A stretch of 64,000 nt of DNA from Mobula hypostoma (taxonomy: Eukaryota). Where the stretch lies: positions 182,654,001 to 182,718,000 of the forward strand of contig NC_086097.1 in the NCBI RefSeq assembly GCF_963921235.1, written 5' to 3'. The notes under the pieces are model-generated. The model was not told the DNA's origin. It searched no databases and worked only from the letters and a program-made list of their open reading frames with translations. Position numbers and translations under genes: made by a program. Positions 39,480-50,400 of the stretch are shown here, piece by piece (within the stretch, counting starts at the first letter, position 1; each line of letters opens with the position of its first letter).

Positions 39480-40042
39480 AGCTTTGGAAGATGATTTAAT
39501 TCTGTGTTTCAGTACAAATAAACACTGAGGTTTCAACCTTACAACTGATGGAGCAGAAACCTTTGGCACTCAGCGGATTAACCAGTCGTGGAGAGGTCCC
39601 GGTGTAATGGTTGATGGAAGGTGTGTGTGTGAGTTATGGTTTGGTTTCGGGTGTTGGGGTGTGAGGGGAACCTGTGAAGGGTTGACTGTATTATGTGTGC
39701 TGGGAATGGGTGTGATGGTTAATATCTAACTGTGGATGGGTAATTGTTTGTGGATGTTAGAGGGTGTTTGGGCAAAGTATTTGTGCAGTGTTTTGCAGGG
39801 TTGGTAAGACCTGAGGAGAAGTGACTTTATCAGGGTGTTGGTACAGGGCATTGGGTGAGGGTTTTGGGGTTTGATTGGACCTGTGCAGGGGTGATTGTGT
39901 GTGGACCTGTGTGAAGGTGTTAGTGCAGGGCAGTGTGGCAGGGTATTGGGGGAAGTTGTTGGGTGTTGGTAGAGGGAGGGTTTAGTAAGGCTAATGGTTA
40001 TTGATTACAGTCCCAGTCCTGCCAGGCCATGGACAGTGCTCC
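39480..40042 (-). other. Probable 3'UTR of AOC1 copy 2 with candidate ATTAAA poly(A) signal (39500-39495)
   Basis: Non-TE sequence after the stop codon. + strand tttaat at 39495-39500 reads ATTAAA on the minus strand. Not confirmed by transcript data. Confidence 0.4.
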
Positions 40043-40309
40043 TCAGACCGGAAGGTAGGTGCCATTGTAGGTGAAAGGACGAGTGGCTGGACACTGGTGA
40101 CTGGTAATCTCTGTCCACCTCTTGACATTTACACCGGACCCATCTGGCCGAACAATAACCACGTCCCGTGAGGCCACTGACGGGTCCTCCTGGAAGAAGT
40201 TGAAGGGGCGGAGGAGAAACCCCGCAGCATTTCCAGGAGTGCTGGTGTTAGGAATGTCTTCAGCATGGGGGATGTGTAGGAAGCCGACTGTTACCCAGGC
40301 AACCAGATC
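40043..40309 (-). CDS. AOC1: AOC1 copy 2 terminal exon 5 ([49 protein letters not shown]...[11 protein letters not shown])
   Basis: Translated by hand (not in the ORF track). Acceptor tgtttcag|GAT (phase 0), 88 codons + TGA at 40045-40043. Contains the LHIPH copper-ligand motif and the AOC1-type C-terminus. Confidence 0.93.
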   Translation of the reverse strand, partial: DLVAWVTVGFLHIPHAEDIPNTSTPGNAAGFLLRPFNFFQEDPSVASRDVVIVRPDGSGVNVKRWTEITSHQCPATRPFTYNGTYLPV

Positions 40310-41502
40310 CTGAAACAGGCAGAAGTGGAGACTCCATCAGTAACCCTGGGAATGACGGGGGGTGAGGGGTGAACGTTCTGGAATACACTCCTGCTGGGAG
40401 CTGTCACACCTTAAGTACTGTGCACCCTCCCCCCACTGGAGTCAGTTTTGTGTCCTCCAGTCCTCATTCTTGGGTCTGTCCTTTGTCTCCCCACATTAAC
40501 CTGGTGTGTCACTCCTGTTATTGGCGGACATCTCTGCTCCCCATTACTGGAGCCCACTCCTCCCCTCCTCTGACCATTATAGAACATAGATCAATACAAC
40601 ACAGTACAGGACCTTTGAACCATGATGTTGTGCTGACGTTTTAACCTACGAAGGTTAATCTAACCCTTCCCTCCCACTTAGCCGTCCACTTTTTTCATCC
40701 ATGTGTGTATCTGCTGTTATCCTCCTTCACTCCAAAGAGAAAAGTCCAGTTCACTCAGCCTATCCTCGTGCCTTCTTAACCAACATACCAACTTCTCGTG
40801 CCTTCTGACTTTCCAAACGAGCCTACTATGAGGGAATGTCAAACGGCTTACTAACATCCACATACACCACATCTGCTGCTCTGCCTTTGTTTTGTCAAAT
40901 TGTTTTGTTACTTCCTTGAAGAATTCAATCAGGCTCGTGAAGCACGACCTGCCCCTCACAAAGACATGCTGACTGATGCTAATCACACTATGCTTTGCCA
41001 GAAGATCATAAATCCTGCCTCTCAGAATCCTCTCCAATCTATCGCCACTAATCACTGGTCTAAATTCCCAGGGTTATCCCAATTACCTCTCTTCAACAAA
41101 GAGATAACATTTGCCACCCTCCAATCTTCTTGTACAACTCCTGTGGCCAGTGAGGACGCAAAGATCATCACCAAAGACAGGGCAATCTCTTCTCTTGCTT
41201 CCTGTAGTAACCTGGGGCATACCCCATCCAGCCCCATGGAACTTTTTCAAAAGTTTCAGCGTATCATCTTTCTTAACATCGACATGTTCCAGCATATCAG
41301 CCTGTTTTATGATGACCTCACATTAGTCAATGTCCTCTCACTGATGAATACTGAAACTAAGTTAAGGCCTCCTCTACCTCCTCCAATTCCAGGCACATTT
41401 CCTCCTTTGTTCCTGGTCGCACACTCATCAAACAGTGGGGACATTATGAGGAGACATTCGCCCTCCACCCCCCACCGTTCCCCTCCAACCCTGGATGCTT
41501 AC

Positions 41503-41635
41503 CTGGTTGGTGATGTTCTCGTTGTTGTGAATGAATGTCTCGAAGCTGACATTGGGATCCCAGGGGTCGTTCTGCAGGTAGAGGCTACTGCTGCAACATT
41601 CATTCTCCCGGAATTTAGTGACAGCCAAGTGATAC
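41503..41635 (-). CDS. AOC1: AOC1 copy 2 exon 4 (133 nt)
   Basis: Identical by eye to 1125-1257. Donor CAG|GTAAGC. Confidence 0.92.
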
Positions 41636-41699
41636 CTGGAACAGGGAAGTCATCACTGGAGCAGAGAGCAAGGGTGAGTGGGGAGCTTCTCATAGGGCA

Positions 41700-42600
41700 T
41701 GGGAGAGGGACAGGGGGACGGGAGGGATGGCAAGAGAGGGTGAGGAGCTAATATGTGAGAAAGGGAGGGAGAGTGAGAGAGGGAGAGATGAAGTGGAGGG
41801 AGGAAGATGAATTATTCATGGTGTGAGAGGATGAGGGAAGAGGAAGTGAGAGAGGGAGTTGGGGAGAAGAGGGAAGGGAGAGGGAGGTGGGGAGGGCAAG
41901 AGACAGTAGGTGGCAGAGAGCAAGGGAGGGGGGAAGGGAGACCAAGGCAGATGGAGGAGGTGAGGGAGACAGGGGGAGGAGATAAGGGAGAGTGAGGGAA
42001 TGGGAGGGTTGAGGGGGGCAGGAGAGGGGGGGTGACAGGGGGCAATGGGGGAAGGGTAGACAGGGAGGTTGGGGAAGAAGGGGAGGGGGCAGAGCTAAAT
42101 GAGGGCTGATGGGGGGGTAGGAGAGGGATTGGGGGGAGGGGGATGGGGAGCACGGTGTGCAGCTTAGAGGAGTAGGTGGGTGATGAGGGGAGGGGGTGGG
42201 TGGATGAGATGGGGGTAGGGGAGGGAGAGTGAAGGAGGAGGGCGGATGAGGGAGAACAGGTGGAGGAGGGCAAGTGGGTGTGAGTGGGGAGGGGGAATGA
42301 TGGAAGAAGAGGGTGGAGGAGTGGGGGGAGAAGAGGAAGAGAGGGAGGGTGGGTGACCAAGAGAGTGGTGGGGGGAGGTGGAGGGAGAGATTGAAGAGGA
42401 AGTATTCACATGGTATGAGGGAGGGAAAAGGGAGCAAACAAGATACGAGAGAGAGAAAGGTATGGCAGGAGGAGAGAAAGGAACATAATGTCTGAGAGAT
42501 GGAGGGAGAGAGAGTTTGAATAGGGTGAGGAGAGAAATGTGACAGAGAGAGGGAGAGTGTGAAGGAGACAGAAAGTGGGAGAGTGGGTGATATGAGGTGG
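41700..42600 (+). repeat. Polypurine (G/A-rich) low-complexity tract in copy 2 intron 3; shorter counterpart at ~1320-1810
   Basis: Strong purine skew with runs of G. Confidence 0.8.
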
Positions 42601-44035
42601 GGTACCATGGTCCAGAAGGTGAGATCACATGGGATACAGGTGAGCAGCCAGTGCAATACAGAACTGCCTTGGTGGTTGTGGTCAGAGAGTATAGTGGAGG
42701 GTTGTTGTTCACACTGGACCAGGAGTGCGTCACAGGGACTGGTGCTGGTGCTGGCTCCACTGTTATCACATACAGTAATAACAATTTAGGTGAGAACGTA
42801 GGTAGCAAGGTCAGTAAGTTTGTGGATTGCATAGAAGACTGGCAAAGGTTACAGTGGTTTATACAATAGATCATAACTAGGAGAAATTCTGCAGATGTTG
42901 AAAATCCAAAGCAACACACACAAGGTACTCAGCAGGTCAGGCAGCAACTATGGAGATTAATGAACAGTTGACGTTTTGGGGTGAGACCCTTTTTCAGAAC
43001 TGGAAAGGAAGGGGGAAGATGCCAGAATAAAAAGGTTGGGGGTGGGAAGGAGGATTGCTTGATCAATTGCAGATATGGGGGGAGGAAATGGCAGAGGGAG
43101 TTTAATCCAGGCATGTGTGAGGTGATGCACTTTGGGAGATCGAATGTAAGTGGACAGTACACTGTTAATGGCAGGACCCCTATTAGTGTTGATGTACAGA
43201 GGGATCTTGGGGTCCAAGTCCTTAGCTCCTTGAAAGTGTTAATAGGGTGGTGAAGAAGACGTAAGGCAATTAGTTGAGGAACAAGAGTTCAAGAGTTGGG
43301 AAGTTATTTTGTAGCATTATAAAACTCCAGTTAGACTGCACCTGGAGTATTCATCTCTGGCTGCCTCCTTACGGGAAGGCTGTGGAGAGGGTGCGGGAGA
43401 GGCTTACCAGGATGCTACGTAGATCAGAGCGCATGAGCTACAACAAGGAGTTGGACAAACTTGGGCTGTTTTCTACGGAGCAGCGCAGGCTGAGGTTTAT
43501 AAAATTATGTGAGGCAGAGACAGAGCAGACAGCCAATGTTCTTCTCCGCAGGGTAGAAGTGCTGAAAAGAAGAGGGCATGTATTTATGGTGAGAGGGGTA
43601 AGTTTGAAGAAAATGCTAGGGGCAAGATTTTTATTTTTAAAAACGGTGTAATGAGTGCCTAGGATGTGATGCACGGGATGGTGGTAGATGTAAATATAGT
43701 AGAGGCATCTGGATGGGCACATGAATGTGCAGGGAATGGATGCATATTGACACTGTGTCAGCAGAAGTCATTAGGTGTCATTAGCTTTAATATTTTGGCA
43801 CAACATTATAGGCTGAAGGGCTGTATTATTCTATGTGATACAGAATGGAAACAGGTCCTTTGGCCAACCTGGTCCATGCTGATCAAGGTTCCCATCTAAT
43901 TTAGTCCCATTTCTGAACCTTTCCTGTCAGTGTACCTGTGCGAGTGTCTTTTAAATGGAATTCTACCTGCATCTGGAAGCTCGTTCTACACCCCCACCAC
44001 CGTCTGGGTGAAGAATGTGCTCTTAGGTGCCTTTT

Positions 44036-44774
44036 TTTAAATTTATTTTTTATTGAAGTTCATCATCAAACAAACATTTCCATATGATGTACTTCAGATA
44101 CTGTACATATATATCATATAATCATATTTGTCACAAGTCTCCACATAATATTTATCTGAGGTGTCCACTTATAGAAAGGAGAGGAAAGAAAGAACAATCG
44201 AAAGAAGAAAACTATGTACAGAGCAGGCAGTGATTTTTTTTAACAACACATTCATTGACTTGTGAGAATAAAATCAGGCCTATGAGGTGTTATGTAGTTA
44301 AACCATTTTTCCCAGTATGAATCAAATTGTTCCAACTTATGATTAACAGATGCTGTTATCTTCTCCATTTTGGAAATAGCCATTGTAATTTCCATCCATA
44401 TATTCAAAGCAGGGATCTCCTGAGATAACCATTTCCTGTTAAGGGTCCTTTTACTAGCCACCAGCAGTATATTCATTAAATATTTATCTCTTTTCAACCA
44501 TTCTTGAGGTATATGACCAAAATATATGGTCTTACTCTAAGGGTATTTCACATTTAAAGATGTCTTGTAGGGCATTATGTATCCCACTCCAATAGTCTTT
44601 GATAATGGGGCATTCCCAGAAAAGATGATAATGGTTCGCATTTTGATTTCCACAATTTCTCCAGCAAACAGGGAGGTTACTATCATAATGGGATTTCTGA
44701 GAGGGTGTAATAAAATATCTTATCAAGTTTTTCCACCCAAACTCCCTGCATTTCTGTGAACTGGTACACTTCAA
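44036..44774 (-). mobile_element. 5'-truncated L1/Tx1-like LINE 3' end, specific to AOC1 copy 2 intron 3
   Basis: C-terminal CCHC knuckle CWRNCGNQNANHYHLFWECP and LLVASKRTLNRKW. A-rich tail (T-rich on +). Near-TSD t(g/t)cctttt at 44028-44035 and 44775-44782. Confidence 0.85.
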
Positions 44775-44975
44775 TTCCTTTTAGATTTTTTACCTCTCAC
44801 TATTTTGTGTGCCCTTGAGTTTTTGGTCAGTCTGGACTTGATGGGCAGAAGGGCGTGTTCCTTGACACCACACCCACACTCTGAGCTGGACTGGAGGGTC
44901 CTCCCATTGATCTCAGGTTTATGAAGTGTCTGATGCCACACCTGGAATTTGCTCCTGATTGGTCAGTGACCTTAC

Positions 44976-45264
44976 CTTGCCCAGGTAATTGCCTTCTCCT
45001 CCTTCCAGTCCTGTGGCAGGACACGGTCAGCCTGAGAGTTGATCTGGATGCGATAAGCCCGTGGGTGCTGCCACTTGTTCTGCTGTGTAGGGTTGTAGAA
45101 GACCAGATACCTGGGCAGCGGTTTGCGGAAAGCGAAGGCAGCTGACCGCTCACGTGCCCTCTGTACCCGGTCCAGTCGAGACTGCACAATGTGGTCCCCT
45201 GGCCTCCAAGGGTTGCTGATGTTCTCCAGCTTGACCTCCAATGTTTCAAAGCTGTTGTGGGTTC
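44976..45264 (-). CDS. AOC1: AOC1 copy 2 exon 3 (289 nt)
   Basis: Same splice sites as copy 1. Two substitutions seen versus copy 1: WRTGD->WRPGD and one synonymous CGC/CGT. Confidence 0.92.
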
Positions 45265-45267
45265 CTG

Positions 45268-47320
45268 TGGACCACAAGACCATAAGACATAGAAGCAGAA
45301 TTAGGCCATTCAACTCAGAGTCTATTCTGCTATTTCATCATTTATTATCCCTCTCATTCTCCTGCCTTATTTCCATAAGCTTTTACACCTTAATAATCAA
45401 GAACCTAGCAAGCTCAGCTTTAAATATATCCAATGACTTGGCCCCCATAGCCATCTGTGGCAATGAATTCCACAGATTCACCATCTGGCGAAAGAAATTC
45501 CTCCTCTGTTCCAAGGGGACGTCCTTGTATTTTGCGGCTGTGGCCTCTGGTCCTCTGCTCTTCCCACTATAGGGAACATCCTCTCCACATACATTCTCAG
45601 TTTTACACGATATTCTAGTCCTCTCAAAATGAATGCTAAGACAGCATTTGCCTTCCTTACCACCGATATTGCACAAGGACTCCCAAGTTCCTTTCCATCT
45701 CTGATATCTTAATTTTCTCCCCTTAGTCTACCTCTTTATTCCTTCTACTAAAATGTACAGTATGACTATACACTTCCCTGCAATGTACTTCATCTGAAAC
45801 TTTGCCTATTCTCATAATCTGTCTCAGTCTTTCTGTAGACTTCCTGCTTCTGCAACATTACCTGCCTCTCCATCTATCCTTGTTTCATCTGTAAACTTTG
45901 CCAAAAAGTCATCAATTTCATGAACCAAATCATTGACATATAATATGAAAAGAAGCAGGAAGCTTCTTCGTCATGTTCCTCCAAGCATACCCAAACCTCA
46001 TCCTTAAAAAGGAACTTCAAAGTCTTTCCAAACCCTGAGGTCAGGCTAACTAGGCTATAATTTCCTTTGTTCTGCCTCTCTCCCTTCTTAAAGAGTGGAG
46101 TAACATTTGTAATTTTGCAGCTTTCTAGAACTATTTCAGTATCTGATTATTCTTGAAGGATCATTACTCATGCCTCTACAATCTTTTCAGCATCCTCTTT
46201 CAGAACCTTGGGGTAGAGTCCAGGTGACTTATCTAACTTCAGACTTTTCAGATTTCCCGAACCTTCTCCTCAGTAATAGCAATTACACTCATTTATATCC
46301 CATGACAGTCAAAATTCTGGCACACTCCTGATGTCTTCTACTGTAGAAGACAGATGGAAAAATACTGATTAATTTCATCCACCCATTTTGTCCCACATTA
46401 CTCTCTCTCGAGCATCACTTTCCAGTGGTCCGATCTCCACTCTTGCCTCTCTTTTACTCTTATATATCTGAAAAAAACTGTGTCCTCTTTTATATTATTG
46501 GCTAGCCTACCTTTATATTTAATCTTTTCTCTCATTATGTTTCTTTTATTTGCCTTCCGTTGGTTTTTAAAAGCCCCTCAAATTCTCTAACTTCCCACTA
46601 CATTTTGCTATATTATCTGCCCTCTTTTTTGCTTCTGTGCTGTCGTTGACTTCCCTTATCAGTCATAGTTGCCTTATCATCCCTTAAGAATACTTCTTCG
46701 TCTTTGGGATGTATCTATCATGCAACTTCTGAAATGCTCCCAGAAATTCCAGCTATTGCTGTATATTGGAATACTGATAGATTTGACAATCTTCTCCCTC
46801 TCAAGTTACTGTGTGAATTTACAATATTATGAAAACTAACTCCTGAGGGTTCCTTTACCTTAAGCTCCTAAATCAAATCAGGTTCATTACACAATACCCA
46901 ATCTGGAATTGCCTGTTCCCTGGTGGGATCAACCACAAGCTGCTCTAAAAAGCCATTTTATAGATATTCTTCAAATTTCCTCTCTTGGGATTCAGTGTCA
47001 ACATGATTTTCCAAATCTTACCAGCATATAGAAATCAATCTAACTATCATAACATTGCCCTTATTACATCACTTTTCTATCTCCCATTGTAAGATATATC
47101 CCACATCGTGGTTACTGTTTGGGAGCCTATATATAACTCAAACCAAGAACGTTTTATCCTTGCATTTTCTTAACTCTTCCAAAAAGGATTCTGCATCTTC
47201 AGATCCTATGTCACCATTTTAAGGATTGGATTTAATTTTTTTACCAACAGAGCCTTCTCCAGCCCCTCTACCTACCAGTTTGTCCTATTGATACAATGTA
47301 CCTATGGATGTTAAGCTCCC
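45268..47320 (-). mobile_element. Decayed CR1 LINE in AOC1 copy 2 intron 2 (paralog of the split element in copy 1)
   Basis: Aligns by eye to 3735-5298 plus 9356-9940. Confidence 0.7.
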
Positions 47321-47439
47321 TCCAGGGTTGTGATGGGATCCCTAAAACAGACACAGTACCCTAATGCTTTTCAAACCCCCAAAATGCATCAAACCTCCAA
47401 CAGCCCGCAAACAGGATAATAAGGTCCCATGAGTGTGCA

Positions 47440-50400
47440 GTGCTGAGTGAGCATCACACTGTTGGAGTGGCGGTATTGAGGGAGAGTCACACTGTTGGAG
47501 GGTGTACTGAGGGAGAGTCACACTGCGGGAGGGGCAGGACTGAGGGAGAGTCACACTGTTCGAGGGGTGCAACGGAGGGAGAGTCACACTGTTAGAGGGA
47601 TGGTACTGAGGGAGAGTCACACTATTCGAGGGGTGCAATGGAGGGAGAGTCACACTGTGGGAGTGGTGGGACTGAGGGAGAGTCACACTGTTCGAGTGGT
47701 GTACTGAGGGAGAGACACATTGTGGGAGTAGTGGTACTGAGGGAGTGACACATTGTTGGAGGGATGGTACTGAGGGAGAGACACACTATTGAAATGGTGG
47801 TACTGAGGAAGAGTCACACTGTGGGAGTGGCGGTACTAAGGGAGAGTCACACTGTTGGAGGGGGATTGAGGGAGGGTCACACTGTTGGAGTGTGTAACTG
47901 AGGGAGAGTCACATTGTTGGAGTGTGTAACTGAGGGAGAGTCACACTGTTGGAGGGGTGGGACTGAGGGAGAGTCACACTGTTGGAGTGGCGGAACTGAG
48001 GGAGAGTCACACTGTTGCAGTGGTGTACTGAGGGAGAGACACATTGTGGGAGTGGCGGTACTGAGGGAGAGTCACACTGTTGGAGGGGGACTGAGGGAGA
48101 GTCACACTGTTGGAGGGGGACTGAGGGAGTGTCACACTGTTGGAGTGTGTAACTGAGGGAGAGTCACACTGTTGGAGTGGTGTACTGAGGGAGAGTTAAA
48201 GTGTTGGAGGGGGACTGAGGGAGGGTCACACTGTTGGAGGGGTGGGACTGAGGGAGAGTCACACTGTTGGAGTGGCGGAACTGAGGGAGAGTCACACTGT
48301 TTGAGGGGTGCAACTGAGGGAGAGTTACACTGTGGGAGTGGTGGGACTGAGGGAGAGACACTGTGGGAGTGGTGTACTGAGGGAGAGTCACATTGCGGGA
48401 GGGGTGGTACTGAGGGAGTGTCACACTGTGGGAGTGGCGGAACTGAGGGAGAGTCACACTGTTGGAGTGGTGTAACTGAGAGAGAGTCACACAATTGGAG
48501 TGGCGGTACTGAGGGAGAGTCACACTGTTGGAGTGGCGGAATTGAGGGAGAGTAACATTGCGGGAGGGTTGGTACTGAGGGAGAGTCACACTGTTGGAGG
48601 GGTGTAACTGAGGGAGAGTCACACTGTTGGAGTGGTGGTACTGAGGAAGAGTCACGCTATTGGAGTGGTGGTACTGAGGGAGTGTCTCACTGTTGGAGTG
48701 GTGTACTGAGGGGGTGTCACAGTGTTGGAGTGGTGGTACTGAGGGAGAGTCACACTGTTGGAGGGGCAGTACTGAGGGAGAGTCACACTGTTGGAGTGGT
48801 GGTACTGAGGGAGAGTCACACTGTTGGATGGGCGGTACTAAGGGAGAGTCACACTGTTGGAGGGGTGTACTGAAGGAGAGTCACACGGTTGGAGGGGTTT
48901 ACATGAGGGAGAGTCACACTGTTGGAGTGTGGTACTGAGGGAGTGACACACTTGAAGCGGTGTAACTGAGCGAGAGTCACACTGTTAGAGGGGGATTGAG
49001 GGAGAGTCACACTGTTGGCATGTGTAACTGAGGGAGAGTCACACTGTTGGAGGGGTGGTACTGAGGGAGAGACACACTGTTTCAGGGACGGTACAGAGGG
49101 AGTGTCACACTGTTGGAGTGGTGGTACTAAGGGAGAGTCACACTGTTGTAGGGGTGGTCTGAAGGAGAGTCACACGGTTGGAGGCGTGTACATGAGAGAG
49201 AGTCACACTGTTGGAGTGGTGTGCTGAGGGAGAGTCACAGTGTTTGATGGGCGGTACTGAGGGAGAGTCACACTGTGGGAGTAGTGTATAGAGGGAGAGT
49301 CACACTGTTGGAGTGGTGGTACTGAGGAAGAGTCACGCTATTGGAGTGGTGGTACTGAGGGAGTGTCACACTGTTGGAGTGGTGTACTGAGGGAGTGTCA
49401 CAGTGTTGGAGTGGTGGTACTGAGAGAGAGTCACACTGTTGGAGGGGCAGTACTGAGGGAGTGTCACAGTGTTGGAGTGGTGGTACTGAGAGAGAGTCAT
49501 ACTGTTGGAGGGGCAGTACTGAGGGAGAGTCACACTGTTGGAGGGGCAGTACTGAGGGAGAGTCACAGTGTTGGAGTGGTGGTACTGAGGGAGAGTCACA
49601 CTGTTGGATGGGCGGTACTAAGGGAGAGTTACACTGTTGGAGGGGTGTACTGAAGGAGAGTCACACGGTTGGAGGGGTTTACATGAGGGAGAGTCACACT
49701 GTTGGAGTGGTGGTACTGAGGGAGTGACACACTTGAAGCGGTGTAACTGAGCGAGAGTCACACTGTCGGAGTGCTGTACTGAGGGAGAGTCACGCTGTCT
49801 GAGTGGTGTACTGAGGGAGAGTCACACTGTTGGCATGTGTAACAGAGGGAGAGTTACACGGTTGGAGGGGGACTGAGAGAGGGTCACACTGTTGGAGGGA
49901 CGGGACTGAGGGAGTGTCACACTGTTGGCATGTGTAACTGAGGGAGAGTCACACTGTTGGAGGGGGACTGAGGGAGGGTCACACTGTTGGAGGGACGGGA
50001 CTGAATGAGAGTCACACTGTTGGAAGAGTGTAACTGAGGGAGAGTCACACTGTTGGAGTGGTGGTACTGAGGGAGAGTCACATTGTTGAAGGGGCGGTAC
50101 TGAGCGAGTGTCACAGTGTCGGAGGGTGTACTGAGGGAGAGTCACACTGTCGGAGTGGAGTACTGAGGGAGAGTCACACTGTTGGCGTGTGTAACTGAGG
50201 GAGAGTCACACTGTTGGAGGGGGGGTACTGAGCGAGAGGCACACTGTTGGAGGGGGACTGAGGGAGGGTCACATTGTTGGAGGGTTGGGACTGAGGGAGA
50301 GTCACACTGTTGGAGCGACGGTACTGAGGGAGAGTCACACTGTTGTAAGGGTGTAACTGAGGGAGAATCACACTGTTGGAGTAGTTGTACTGAGGGAGAG

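Noticed and set aside
439..47430. Duplication as a pure haplotig/assembly artefact
   Set aside because: Reciprocal TE insertions with TSDs, strong intron 2 divergence and distinct satellite variants argue for true paralogs. This cannot be fully excluded without reads.
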